From: Polyangiales bacterium
GTDB taxonomy: Bacteria; Myxococcota_A; Polyangia; Polyangiales; Polyangiaceae
Direction: 5' to 3'
Length of the DNA stretch: 64,000 nt
Assembly: GCA_038230375.1 (NCBI GenBank)
Contig: JBBRNJ010000017.1
Location: 32,001-96,000 of the forward strand
The notes under the pieces are model-generated. The model saw nothing but the letters and a program-made list of their open reading frames with translations. It did no database searches and was not told the DNA's origin. Each line of letters begins with the position of its first letter. Within the stretch, counting starts at the first letter, position 1. The translations under genes and the position numbers were made by a program. Shown here one piece after another: positions 1 through 9,946 of the stretch.

Positions 1-13
1 GGACGCGATCAGC

Positions 14-475
14 GTGACCACGCTCACGTCCGAGATCACGGTGCCCATGTGCATCTACAAGGGCAAGGTGCTGCTCGTCGTGAACACCGCGTCCATGTGT
101 GGCTACACGCCGCAGTACACGCCCCTGCAGGCGATCTACGCGAAGTACGCGAGCCAGGGCTTCCTCGTGCTCGGCTTCCCATCGCAGTCGTTCAATCAGG
201 AGTACGCGAGCGGCATGGACGTGTCGTCGTTCTGCACGATGACCTACGGCATCACGTTTCCCATGTTCAAGATCGGCAACGTGAACGCGCCCGACGAGCA
301 GCCGCTCTACACCTGGCTCAAGGCGCAGCCCGTCAGCGGCACCGCCGACGTGGGGTGGAACTTCGAGAAGTTCCTCATCGGCAAGAAGGGCGACGTCGTC
401 CAGCGCATCCTCACGGCCGTCGTGCCGGACGATCCCTCCGTCACCAGCGCGATCGAAGCCGAGCTCGCGAAGTAG
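14..475 (+). CDS. Glutathione peroxidase family protein (Cys type); probably 5'-truncated by the window edge
   Basis: GKVLLVVNTASMCG, LGFPSQSFNQE and WNFEKFL motifs; the frame is open back to position 2. Confidence 0.92.
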   Translation: MTTLTSEITVPMCIYKGKVLLVVNTASMCGYTPQYTPLQAIYAKYASQGFLVLGFPSQSFNQEYASGMDVSSFCTMTYGITFPMFKIGNVNAPDEQPLYTWLKAQPVSGTADVGWNFEKFLIGKKGDVVQRILTAVVPDDPSVTSAIEAELAK

Positions 476-506
476 CGTCCAGCGACGTCGCTGGTTCACT
501 CGAACC

Positions 507-3500
507 TCAAGGCCGCTTCTGCTGCGCGACAGGCGGGGCGCGCTCGGCGAGGCCCGAGTTGACCAGAGACGGTGAGGCGCGGAGCTCGTCCACCACGTGG
601 TACTCGGCCTTGTAGTTCTTCGCGAGCCACACCTCGCACGCGCGCGAGTGCTCGTCGAAGTACTGGAACTGCACGGACAGATCGAGACACTTCTTGAGCG
701 CGGGCTTCGCGTGCTTCACCTTGTAAGGCTCGCTCGCCTCGTCGATACCGCGCGTGTAGACGATCTCCAGGATGGTGCCCTTCCACGCCGCAGGGATCGG
801 TGAGCGACGGAAGTCGTCCACGAAGTCACCCCACATCAGCCCCGCACGAGAGCCCGCGGCGATGCCCCAGCGCGGCGGCGCCGTCGCCACGAACGACGTG
901 GGCTTGAGGTCCAGGATCTTTCCGTACTCGCCCTCGACCTTCGAGATCGCGACCATCTTCTTCTCGTACCAGTCACGCACCTTGTTCTTCACGAACGCCT
1001 CCACGTCCTCCTTGGTACCTGCGCCGCGATACGTGGGGAACCTGAGCGGCTCCACGCCGCTCTTCCTGGCCTCCTCCGCTGCGAAGAAGTGGGCCTCTGC
1101 GACCGCGTCGAGCGCGCGGCGAATTCGCTTCTCCACGTCCGGCGCGGACTCGTCGGGGAAGGCGGCGCGGATCTTCGCCTCTGCGTCCGCCGGATCCTTC
1201 CAGAGCGCACGCACGCGCCCGTACTCCGAGCGCGCCTGCGTGTCACCACCGGAGAGATGGGAGCTCGCGCGGCCCAGCTGCGCGTGCGCCTGGACGGCGA
1301 CGTCGCGGCTCGCTGCCCTGTCGATGAGCCCCATCTGGCGCGACAGCTCCGCGCGTGCCTTGTCCCATTCGCCCTTCTCCACGTAGTGGGCCCCCACCGC
1401 GAACGCCACGTGCGCTGCCTCCTTCGGCTTCTTGTCTCCGTAGGCGCGCGCGAAGGCGTGCGCGTCGTCGAGCGCACGTTCCTCCTGACCAAGACCGATG
1501 CGGAGCAGCGTGGCATCCGACAGCGCCTGGTCCGCCTTCTCGCCGCGCGGGTCCGCCTTCGCGTACTTCTCGAACCAGTCCGCGGCGAGCTCGTAGACGG
1601 CGATCGCCTGGTAATTCTGCCCGATCTCGAAGCTGGCCTTGCGCGAGAGAGCGCTCCGTCCGTTCGTCGCGGCATCGAACTCGAGCAGCGCCTTTCGCGC
1701 CGTGATGGCCTTGGCGACCAGGCGCGCAGCCTGCAATGCCCGCGCGGCGTTGTAGCCGATCTCGTCACAGCGCTGCGCCGTGGGGGGCTTGCCCGCGGCC
1801 ACCGGAGCCTGGCAGTGCTCGCGGAAGAGATCGAAGTACATGTTGCCGCCCTCCTCGTAGAGCGCGAGTGACGCGAGGCCCGTGAGCGTGGCAGCCTTGG
1901 CGATCTTCGCCTCCGCCTCCTTTCGCGTCAGGTCCACCGCCACGATCGAGAGCCCCAGGCAGGACTCGGTGTTCTTCTGCGCGAGATCTCCGCGGCAGTA
2001 GAGCTCCTCCATGCGCGGGATGTCAGCGCGCATCTCGGCGAAGCAGGCGGGACGCGCGGGCTCGCCGTGCATCGCGAGGATGTTCGCGCTCTCCAGGTAC
2101 AGCTGAGCGGCGTAGATGCCAGAGTCCGGATCGCACGGGTTCTTCGCGATGTCGCGGAACGCCTCCGCCGCCTCCGCCCAGTGCTGCGCCTCGAAGTACG
2201 TGCGCGCGCGGGCGTACTTCACCTCGCAGAGCTGCGCCTGGCCCGCGGCGTCCGACGCCTGCGGCTTGATGGTGCACACGTACCGGTCGAACGCGTGAAG
2301 CATTCCGCGCTGCGCATCCGTGAGCGGCTTCTTCCGCAGGCGTGCGGTCTCGTCGGGTGACGCCGACGCGCGCTCGTCACGCGGCCTCAGTGTGCCGTTG
2401 CCGCGGAGCGCCTCGCCCTTGGCGTGCTCTGCCTCGAACACCTTCTGGTAGCAGAGCGCGGCTGCGTACGCGGCCTCGGGCGCGTTCGGCGCCTTCGGAT
2501 CGTCGTCCACGACGGCCTCGAACGCGGGACCGCACTCCGCCCACCGCTCGTCCGCGTAGAGAAGATCGGCGAGCGCGAACTTCATGCTGTGAGCCGTGGG
2601 CCAGTCCTCTTTCACCAGTCTCGGATACGTGTAGCTTGCAAGTTCATCCTTCGTGAACGTTTCGACAGCGCGTTTGTAGAGCGCCGCGGCTAGCTTCTTC
2701 GTGCGCTTGTCGCCGGTGCCGCGCTGGTTGCCGGTGCCCACGGCCTCCAGGTGGTACGCCATCGCGGTCTCCGTCACGAGCGCCGCGGTCTTGTTTGCGC
2801 ACGCGAGCTTCACGTCGACAGCCTTGTCACTTGCGCGCATGTCCCTGTGTGCGCGCAGCTGGTTCTCCAGCTCCACCGCGATCGCGTCCTTGTCCGATGC
2901 GCGCATGGCCATGGTCGCCTCGGTGACGTGCGCCTGGTAGGTGCACGCGCGTGCGCCGCCACGATCGCGGGCAAGCAGATCCTTCATGACCATGATCCCC
3001 TCGGGGTAGTGCCCCGTGTCAAAGTAGGCCACGCCGAGCGTGTAGAGACGATCGAACGTCTCGACGTTCACGCCTGCAGGATCGCGCGAGATGCTCCGGA
3101 TGAAGCCGTACGCGCGCGCCGGATCGCCGACCAGCGCGTAGACCTGGATGATGTCGCGACGAGCATTCTCCGCGAGCTTCTCCGCCCCCGGCAGCTGCGA
3201 GAACGCGACGCCGAAGTCGATCACCTTCTTGAACTCGCTCATCGCGTGCGCGAAGTCACCCTGGTTCCAGAAGACGTAGCCAAGCTTGTAGTGTGCATAC
3301 CCGAACAGCTTGTTCGCGGGCGGCGGGAACGAGACCACCTTCAGGTACGCCTGCGATGCGAGTGGCCATTTCGTTGGGTCGCCCTGCCCTTCCTCGAAGA
3401 ACAGCTCGCCAAACGCCAGGTACGCATTCGGGATGAAGCGAGAGTCGGGCCGCTTGGAGATGAGCTCGTAGTAGACCTTGCGTGCTGTATCGTTGTCCTT

Positions 3501-4190
3501 GCCCTGCTCGTGCTCGTACGCCAGGTAGTAGAGGACGGCGTCGAGCTCTGGATAGTTCGGGTAGTCCGTCTTCAGGAGCGTGTAGTTCGCGATCGCCTTC
3601 GCGCGCGCGCCCTTCGCAGCGCCGTCAGCGACGTTGGCCTGCGTCTGGAAGTCGCCTGCCTTCGCGGGCTCCTTCTTCTTCGCCTCGTCGCGCGCGATCT
3701 CTGCGAGGGTCTTCTCGCGCACCGCAGCCGCCTCGAGCTCCACGTAGTCCTCCGCCAGCCTGCGGATGATGGTCGCGCGATCCGCGGCGCCGCGCGGCGT
3801 CTGCACCAGCAGCTGCTCGACACCCTGGATCTCCACGATGAGCATGCCCTTGCGGCGGATGTTCAGCCGGAACGTACGATCGTCACGCGGCCCATCGAAG
3901 CCCTCGGGCGTGGGCTTCTTCCCGTCGGGTCTCCTGGTCTCCGTTGCCTTCGGCGCGACGAGATGGATCGTCGGCGCTCCGCCATGAGCGGTCACGTCGA
4001 ACGTCTGCGCGCCGGGAAACGCGCTGCAAGAAGACAGCGAGCTCTTCGCGCTCTCGTCGATACAGACATCCGCCGCACGCGCCCCCTCCGCCATGAAGAC
4101 GGAGCCAAGAACGCAAGCAGCCATGACGAGACGACCACGCCGCGCGAACGAAGAGAGCATAGGACCTCCGGCGCCTTCCGTGTCTCGCAC
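507..4190 (-). CDS. Large secreted TPR protein, GltD/AgmU (gliding motility)-like
   Basis: Signal peptide, many TPRs (e.g. YPNYPELDAVLYYLAY...PDSRFIPNAYLAFGE), ~1200 aa, C-terminus resembling AgmU/GltD; exact start uncertain. Confidence 0.7.
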   Translation of the reverse strand: MRDTEGAGGPMLSSFARRGRLVMAACVLGSVFMAEGARAADVCIDESAKSSLSSCSAFPGAQTFDVTAHGGAPTIHLVAPKATETRRPDGKKPTPEGFDGPRDDRTFRLNIRRKGMLIVEIQGVEQLLVQTPRGAADRATIIRRLAEDYVELEAAAVREKTLAEIARDEAKKKEPAKAGDFQTQANVADGAAKGARAKAIANYTLLKTDYPNYPELDAVLYYLAYEHEQGKDNDTARKVYYELISKRPDSRFIPNAYLAFGELFFEEGQGDPTKWPLASQAYLKVVSFPPPANKLFGYAHYKLGYVFWNQGDFAHAMSEFKKVIDFGVAFSQLPGAEKLAENARRDIIQVYALVGDPARAYGFIRSISRDPAGVNVETFDRLYTLGVAYFDTGHYPEGIMVMKDLLARDRGGARACTYQAHVTEATMAMRASDKDAIAVELENQLRAHRDMRASDKAVDVKLACANKTAALVTETAMAYHLEAVGTGNQRGTGDKRTKKLAAALYKRAVETFTKDELASYTYPRLVKEDWPTAHSMKFALADLLYADERWAECGPAFEAVVDDDPKAPNAPEAAYAAALCYQKVFEAEHAKGEALRGNGTLRPRDERASASPDETARLRKKPLTDAQRGMLHAFDRYVCTIKPQASDAAGQAQLCEVKYARARTYFEAQHWAEAAEAFRDIAKNPCDPDSGIYAAQLYLESANILAMHGEPARPACFAEMRADIPRMEELYCRGDLAQKNTESCLGLSIVAVDLTRKEAEAKIAKAATLTGLASLALYEEGGNMYFDLFREHCQAPVAAGKPPTAQRCDEIGYNAARALQAARLVAKAITARKALLEFDAATNGRSALSRKASFEIGQNYQAIAVYELAADWFEKYAKADPRGEKADQALSDATLLRIGLGQEERALDDAHAFARAYGDKKPKEAAHVAFAVGAHYVEKGEWDKARAELSRQMGLIDRAASRDVAVQAHAQLGRASSHLSGGDTQARSEYGRVRALWKDPADAEAKIRAAFPDESAPDVEKRIRRALDAVAEAHFFAAEEARKSGVEPLRFPTYRGAGTKEDVEAFVKNKVRDWYEKKMVAISKVEGEYGKILDLKPTSFVATAPPRWGIAAGSRAGLMWGDFVDDFRRSPIPAAWKGTILEIVYTRGIDEASEPYKVKHAKPALKKCLDLSVQFQYFDEHSRACEVWLAKNYKAEYHVVDELRASPSLVNSGLAERAPPVAQQKRP

Positions 4191-4332
4191 GGCACGGCCT
4201 TGTTTCCGCGACGCGCCCCGTGATCCACCAAACGGGGGACCAAGCGCAGCGCGGTGTTGCTCCTAGGACCGAGGCTCGCGCCGAAACCTTGGCACGAGGA
4301 ATATTTTTCCGTCAGAAGGTGAAGCAGCCGTC

Positions 4333-4458
4333 CTCGACTTCGACTTCGACCTCGACCTCGACCTCGACCTCGACCTCGACCTCGACCTCGACTTCGACTT
4401 CGACTTCGACCTCGACCTCGACTTCGACTTCGACCTCGACCTCGACCTCGACTTCGAC
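4333..4458. repeat. Tandem hexamer array (YTCGAC)x21
   Basis: 21 consecutive CTCGAC/TTCGAC units starting 2 bp after the folD stop. Confidence 0.97.
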
Positions 4459-4460
4459 CT

Positions 4461-5339
4461 CTACTTCGTCGTGCGTGCGTTCGCTGCGATGAGCGTGTTT
4501 TCAAGGAGGCACGCGATCGTCAGGGGGCCGACGCCTCCCGGCACGGGCGTGATGGCTCCTGCGACCTTCTCTGCCTCTGCGAACGCCACGTCGCCGACGA
4601 GGCGTGTCTTGCCTGCGCCCAGCTCCGGCGCGTCGATGCGATTGATGCCGACGTCGATCACCGTCGCGCCTGGCTTCACGAAGTCGCCGCGGAGCATCTC
4701 CGCCTTGCCGACGGCCGCGATCAGGATGTCCGCCTCGCGGCAGACCGCTGCGAGATCCTTCGTGCGCGAATGGGCGATTGTGACCGTCGCGTTCTTCGCG
4801 AGGAGGAGCTGCGCCACCGGCTTGCCGACGATGTTGCTGCGACCCACGACGACCGCGCGCGCGCCTTCGAGCTTCGCGCCGGCGAGCTCGAGCAGCTTCA
4901 TGCAGCCGCGCGGCGTGCACGGCGTGAGGCTCTGCCTGCCAGACGACAGAAGACCGGCATTCACCGGATGGAATCCGTCCACGTCCTTCTTCGGATCGAT
5001 CGCGTCGAGGACCTTCTCCGGGTGGATCTGCTTCGGGAGCGGCAGCTGCACGAGGATTCCGTCGACCACGTCATCGCGGTTCAGCTTGTCGATCCACGAG
5101 AGGAGCTCGGCCTCGGTGGTCTCGAGCGGAAGGCGATAGAGGGCGCCGTTCATGCCGACCTCCTTCGCCATCTTCTCCTTGTTGCGTGTGTAGACCTGGC
5201 TCGCCGGATCCTCTCCCACGAGCAGCACGCTGAGCCCCGGCGCGCGACCATGCCTGGCGACGAACGCGTCCACGCCCTTCTTCACCTCTGCGCGGACCTC
5301 TTCTGCCAGCTTCTTGCCATCGAGTACCTTCGCGCTCAT
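4461..5339 (-). CDS. folD: Bifunctional methylene-THF dehydrogenase/cyclohydrolase
   Basis: MSAKVLDGK start; [36 protein letters not shown] motifs; ATGA overlap with the lgt stop. Confidence 0.97.
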   Translation of the reverse strand: MSAKVLDGKKLAEEVRAEVKKGVDAFVARHGRAPGLSVLLVGEDPASQVYTRNKEKMAKEVGMNGALYRLPLETTEAELLSWIDKLNRDDVVDGILVQLPLPKQIHPEKVLDAIDPKKDVDGFHPVNAGLLSSGRQSLTPCTPRGCMKLLELAGAKLEGARAVVVGRSNIVGKPVAQLLLAKNATVTIAHSRTKDLAAVCREADILIAAVGKAEMLRGDFVKPGATVIDVGINRIDAPELGAGKTRLVGDVAFAEAEKVAGAITPVPGGVGPLTIACLLENTLIAANARTTK

Positions 5340-6265
5340 GTGGTCTCCTTGGGGGTTGGCTTCGGCGCACGCAGCTGATGAATGACCACCGCCGCGATGA
5401 CGCACAGGACGCCGACGATCTGCGAGGTGGAGAGGATGCTGATGCCGCCACGGTCGTCGCGACGGAGGATCTCGAGCCCGGCGCGTGCCACGGCGTAGAG
5501 CACCAGGAACGCGGCGAACACCTGCCCGTCGTAGCGCTTCCGCGGATGCACGTAATAGAGGCAAAACGCCGCGATCGCGAGCGACGCAGCCGCTTCGTAG
5601 ATCTGTGTAGGATGCACGGGATTGCTCCACGCGGCCGGGTTCTGGAGCGTGTGCGCCTTCCACTGCGCCTCGCTCGCGGGGCTCTGCGGCGGGAAGGACA
5701 GCGCCCACGGCAGGGACGACTCCGCGCCGAAGCAGCAGCCCGCCAGCAGACAGCCCATGCGCCCGAACGCGAGCCCGACGGGCACGCAGAACCCTGCCAT
5801 GTCCGCGGCCTTCCAGAACGGGAACTTGTCGCGCTTCAAGAGAACGATGGCTGCGAGCGACGCGCCGATGAAGCCGCCATAGTACGTGAGACCACCGGCC
5901 CAGAACTCGGCCCACGCAAAGCAGTTGGTCTCCACCGGATGGCAGACGCCGGCCGCGACGTCCCAGTGTCCCTTGTAGCGGCCCGCGCACTCGGCGCGCG
6001 TGACGAGCCAGTCGACCTTGGACGGGTCCGTGCAGATGTGCACGTAGTCCATGAAGTGCCCGTCGAAGAAGACGTGGAAGATTCGCGAAGCCGCGACGCC
6101 AGACAGGAGCATCGCCAGACCAAGGTCCACGATCACGTCGGGGTTCTGTCCGATGCGCTTCGCCCAGAGCGCGCCCAGCGCCGTGGCGATGAAGAACCCG
6201 GAGAGCAGCATCACGAAGTACGCCGGGAAGCCCACGCCTTCGAGACGAAAGAGCTCCGGTCGCAT
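5336..6265 (-). CDS. lgt: Prolipoprotein diacylglyceryl transferase
   Basis: [29 protein letters not shown] motifs; multiple TM segments. Confidence 0.95.
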   Translation of the reverse strand: MRPELFRLEGVGFPAYFVMLLSGFFIATALGALWAKRIGQNPDVIVDLGLAMLLSGVAASRIFHVFFDGHFMDYVHICTDPSKVDWLVTRAECAGRYKGHWDVAAGVCHPVETNCFAWAEFWAGGLTYYGGFIGASLAAIVLLKRDKFPFWKAADMAGFCVPVGLAFGRMGCLLAGCCFGAESSLPWALSFPPQSPASEAQWKAHTLQNPAAWSNPVHPTQIYEAAASLAIAAFCLYYVHPRKRYDGQVFAAFLVLYAVARAGLEILRRDDRGGISILSTSQIVGVLCVIAAVVIHQLRAPKPTPKETT

Positions 6266-6279
6266 CCGTGCGCGCCCGA

Positions 6280-7269
6280 CTACGCCTTCTCGCCCGCGGG
6301 CTCGGGCTCTGGTGCGGCGCCAGGCTCTCCTGCAGGTGCCACCTCGCGGCTCGGGTCGCTCGGGTCGTGCGTGTCGCCGAGCGGGAGCTCTCCCACGACA
6401 CCTTCGGCCGGAGGAGCCGCGGCGATCTCTGCGTCCACCGCAGAGGCAAGGTCCCCGCTGGGCATGGGACGGCGCTTCGGCCCACGCTTGGAGGTGAACA
6501 TATCCACCGCCATGAGCGCGACACCGACACAGATGGCGATGTCCGCGACGTTGAACGTGGGCCAGTGGTCCGTCACCTGGTGGGCCGGGTTGTACTTCGC
6601 GATGAGCTCGTTGCCCTTGTGGATCGTGTCCGCGCGGAGGTCAATGAAGTCCACGACGAAGCCGTAGCGGATGCGATCGAACACGTTGCCGAGCGCCCCG
6701 CCGAGCACCAGCGGCAGGCCCCACTTCAGCGCGCGTTGTCGCGGGGTGAGCCGGCGATAGAGCGTGACGATGAAGGCGATCGCGGCGAGGGACACCAGGA
6801 GGAAGAACGGACGACGCACGTCCTCACGGGTGCCCTGCAAGAGGCCCCACGCGCCGCCCTTGTTCTCGGCGTACATGAGCGTGAGGCGATCCTTCACGAG
6901 CTCGAGCGGCGCGCCGCCCTTCATCGGATTGAGGTTTGCCTCTGCCCAGAGCTTGCTGCCGATGTCGCTGACGAGAGAGATGATCGCGACCGCTGCGAGG
7001 AACGAAGGCGGCGGGCCCGGGCCCAGCGACGGATCTGCGATCTTCTTCGCGGCGAACATCGGCGGATCGAGGCGCTCCACGCCGGGCGCGATCGGCTCCT
7101 CTACAAACTCGACGACGGGCGCCGGCTCTGCGGGGGCGGCCGGGCTCGTGCCCGCCTCGAGGCTCAGCTCGTCGGGCTTGGGCGCGGGTGCCTCGCCTTC
7201 GGTCGACGCAGCTTCGCCCTCGGGATGTTGGGGTTCTTGCGCGGCGCCGGAGGTGTCTTCTGAGGTCAT
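6280..7269 (-). CDS. lspA: Lipoprotein signal peptidase II with acidic Pro-rich terminal extensions
   Basis: [35 protein letters not shown] motifs; start at MTSED chosen over the longer ORF. Confidence 0.93.
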   Translation of the reverse strand: MTSEDTSGAAQEPQHPEGEAASTEGEAPAPKPDELSLEAGTSPAAPAEPAPVVEFVEEPIAPGVERLDPPMFAAKKIADPSLGPGPPPSFLAAVAIISLVSDIGSKLWAEANLNPMKGGAPLELVKDRLTLMYAENKGGAWGLLQGTREDVRRPFFLLVSLAAIAFIVTLYRRLTPRQRALKWGLPLVLGGALGNVFDRIRYGFVVDFIDLRADTIHKGNELIAKYNPAHQVTDHWPTFNVADIAICVGVALMAVDMFTSKRGPKRRPMPSGDLASAVDAEIAAAPPAEGVVGELPLGDTHDPSDPSREVAPAGEPGAAPEPEPAGEKA

Positions 7270-7388
7270 GAGGCGAAAAGCGGGGTCACGTCGCTCGTGG
7301 ACGTGAAGCAGGTGAAGGCTTCTAGCGAAGCCATTCGCGTTTGAGAACGTTTTTTCAGGCCTTGCCGAAGGACTGAACATCTGTCTAC

Positions 7389-9926
7389 ATGTTCAGTACC
7401 ATGGCAGCCGCAGTTCCCCCGCCCTGGCGACGCCCCAAAGGCCTCGCCGCCGTCGTTTCACACTGGCAAAAGAGCGAGATCGTGAAGCCCTGCGTCGTGG
7501 CGGACAAGACCGCCAAGGAAGCGGAGGGCACGTATGCGCCCTTCCCCGCCGGGCTCTCCCCACAGCTCACGGCTGCCCTGCGCGCTCGTGGAGTAGATGT
7601 ACTCTACAGCCATCAGGCGCGCGCCTTCGACGTCGCGAACATTTCGGCCAACGGGGCTTCTGGCCCGAGCGGCCAGGAGCGCTGCGGGCTGGTCGTGGCT
7701 ACGCCGACCGCCAGCGGCAAGAGCTACTGCTTCCACCTGCCCGTGCTCGACGCGCTCATTCGCGACGAGGACGCACGCGCCATCTACATGTTCCCCACGA
7801 AGGCGCTCGCGCGCGATCAAGAAGCAGGCATGCGCGAGCTGATGCGCGAAGCCGGCCTCAAGACGCCCGCCGTGGTCTACGACGGCGACACACCGGGGGA
7901 CGCTCGCAGGTCCGCGCGCGAGATGTCGCGCGTGCTCATCACCAATCCGGACATGCTCCACACGGGCATCCTTCCGCACCACACCGCGTGGGCGAAGACG
8001 TTCCAGAACCTGAAGTACGTCGTCCTGGACGAGCTGCACACCTACAAGGGCGTGTTCGGCTCGCACGTCGCAAACGTGATCCGCCGGCTGCTCCGCATCG
8101 CGGAGTTCCATGGCTCGAAGCCGATCCTGATCAGCGCCACGGCGACCATCGGCAACCCGCGCGAGCACGCCGCGCGCATCTTCGGCATGCCCGAGGAGCG
8201 CGTCGTGTGCATTGGCGAGAGCGGCGCGCCCCGCGGCGAACGTCGCGTATTCCTCTACAACCCACCAGTGGTGAACGCGGAGCTCGGCATCCGTGCGAGC
8301 TACGTGAAGCAAGCGGTGATGCTCGCGGCGGACCTGGTGCGCGCAGAGGTGCCCACGATCGTCTTCGGGCACTCGCGCAACAACGTCGAGGTCATGCTCC
8401 GGTACCTGCGTGACAAGGTCGCCGGCGACATCGACGCAGAGCGCATCCAGGGCTATCGCGGCGGCTACCTGCCCGAGCGTCGCCGCCAGATCGAGCACAA
8501 GCTCCGCACGGGCGAGATCCTGTGCGTCGTCGCCACCAACGCGCTCGAGCTCGGCATCGACATCGGCGATCTGGATGCGGTCGTGTGCGCCGGTTACCCC
8601 GGCTCGGTCGCGGCCACGTGGCAGCGCTTCGGACGCGCAGGTCGGCGCGCAGAGCAGAGCATCGCCGTGCTCGTCACGTCCAGCGCCCCACTGGACCAGT
8701 ACCTGGCGCGCGAGCCCGCATACCTGTTCGGCGCACCCATCGAGGAGGCGCGCATCGATCCAGACAACGTGGAGATCCTGCTCCAGCACCTGAAGTGCGC
8801 CGCGTTCGAGCTCCCTTTCCGCAGGTCCGAGTCGTTCGGCTTGCTCGGCCCCGCGGAGACGGGTGAGGCGCTTGGCTTCCTCGTCCATCACAAGGTCCTG
8901 CACGAGGCCGGCGGCGCGTACCACTGGGCCACGGACGCCTACCCTGCGAACAACGTCTCGCTCCGCTCCGTGGGCTGGGACAACGTCGTGATCATCGCGC
9001 AGAACGGACCCAACGCCAGCGAGCGCAGCCCCGACAAGGTGCTCGCGGAGATAGACTTCCGCGGCGCGCACACCATGGTGCACGAGCAGGCCATCTACCA
9101 GCACGACGGCGAGTGCTACCAGGTCGAGAAGTTCGACTACGAGAACCACAAGGCGTTCGTCCGCAAGGTGGAGCCCGACTACTTCACCGACGCCATGACC
9201 TACACGCAGATCAGCGTGCTCGAGGAAGAGGCCACCGGTGACATCAACGGCAGCATCACGAAGGCCGCCTCTGGCTGGGGCGAGGTGTCCGTCGTGGAAA
9301 AGGTTGTAGGATACAAGAAGATCAAGTTCTACACGCACGAGAACACCGGCTACGGGGAGGTGCACCTCCCCGAGATGCAGATGCACACCACCGCGTTCTG
9401 GCTCACGCTGCCGGAGGAACGCATGAAGACGCTGCCCGGCGGAAAGGCCACCGGAATCGACGCGCTCTACGGCATCGGCATTGCGCTGGAGACAGTGTCC
9501 ACGTTTGCCCTCATGTGCGATCCGCGCGATCTCGGGACAGCCCTTGGCGACGTGGAGCCGAACGACGGCAACGATCCGCCGGCCACGCGGGCTCCCGGTG
9601 AAGGTGAGCTCGATACGAGCTTCGGGCGCACCAAGCAGACCGGACGTGTACCGATGAAAATGCAGGGCGGGCCTCGCCCCGGCTACGATCCCACGCTCTT
9701 TCTCTACGAGCACATCCCCGGCGGGACCGGCCTGGCCGAGCGCATCTTCGCGCTCCGTGCAGAGCTCATCCCGCGCGCGCACCACCACATCAAGAGCTGC
9801 CCATGCGACGGCGGCTGTCCCGCCTGCGTGGGCCCCGCAAACACCTCCTACGGAGCCCATGGTGACAAGCGCCACACGCGGAAGAGCATTGCGCTCCAGC
9901 TGCTGTCCGAGCTGGTCTCCGCGTGA
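7389..9926 (+). CDS. DEAD/DEAH-box helicase with C-terminal DUF1998 (MrfA/Hrq1/SftH family)
   Basis: TPTASGKS, PTKALARDQ, DELH, SAT, ELGIDIG, QRFGRAGR and the CPCDGGCPAC zinc motif; start may be 7401. Confidence 0.93.
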   Translation: MFSTMAAAVPPPWRRPKGLAAVVSHWQKSEIVKPCVVADKTAKEAEGTYAPFPAGLSPQLTAALRARGVDVLYSHQARAFDVANISANGASGPSGQERCGLVVATPTASGKSYCFHLPVLDALIRDEDARAIYMFPTKALARDQEAGMRELMREAGLKTPAVVYDGDTPGDARRSAREMSRVLITNPDMLHTGILPHHTAWAKTFQNLKYVVLDELHTYKGVFGSHVANVIRRLLRIAEFHGSKPILISATATIGNPREHAARIFGMPEERVVCIGESGAPRGERRVFLYNPPVVNAELGIRASYVKQAVMLAADLVRAEVPTIVFGHSRNNVEVMLRYLRDKVAGDIDAERIQGYRGGYLPERRRQIEHKLRTGEILCVVATNALELGIDIGDLDAVVCAGYPGSVAATWQRFGRAGRRAEQSIAVLVTSSAPLDQYLAREPAYLFGAPIEEARIDPDNVEILLQHLKCAAFELPFRRSESFGLLGPAETGEALGFLVHHKVLHEAGGAYHWATDAYPANNVSLRSVGWDNVVIIAQNGPNASERSPDKVLAEIDFRGAHTMVHEQAIYQHDGECYQVEKFDYENHKAFVRKVEPDYFTDAMTYTQISVLEEEATGDINGSITKAASGWGEVSVVEKVVGYKKIKFYTHENTGYGEVHLPEMQMHTTAFWLTLPEERMKTLPGGKATGIDALYGIGIALETVSTFALMCDPRDLGTALGDVEPNDGNDPPATRAPGEGELDTSFGRTKQTGRVPMKMQGGPRPGYDPTLFLYEHIPGGTGLAERIFALRAELIPRAHHHIKSCPCDGGCPACVGPANTSYGAHGDKRHTRKSIALQLLSELVSA

Positions 9927-9946
9927 CGCCAATATGAGCTAGGATC

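Noticed and set aside
14..475. Selenocysteine glutathione peroxidase
   Set aside because: The active-site codon is TGT (Cys); no in-frame TGA
4333..4458. Repeat array as a CRISPR or as a real Ser/Thr or Arg/Gly-repeat protein (ORFs 4220..4492, 3992..4504)
   Set aside because: 6-bp period with no spacers and no cas genes; the ORFs are by-products of a stop-free repeat
4461..6530. 689-aa ORF suggesting an N-terminally extended FolD
   Set aside because: The extension is an alternative frame over lgt; FolD homology begins at the ATG at 5339
7389..9926. DISARM/Druantia-type defence system from the DUF1998 helicase
   Set aside because: Single fused MrfA-type protein with no methylase, SNF2 helicase or nuclease partners nearby
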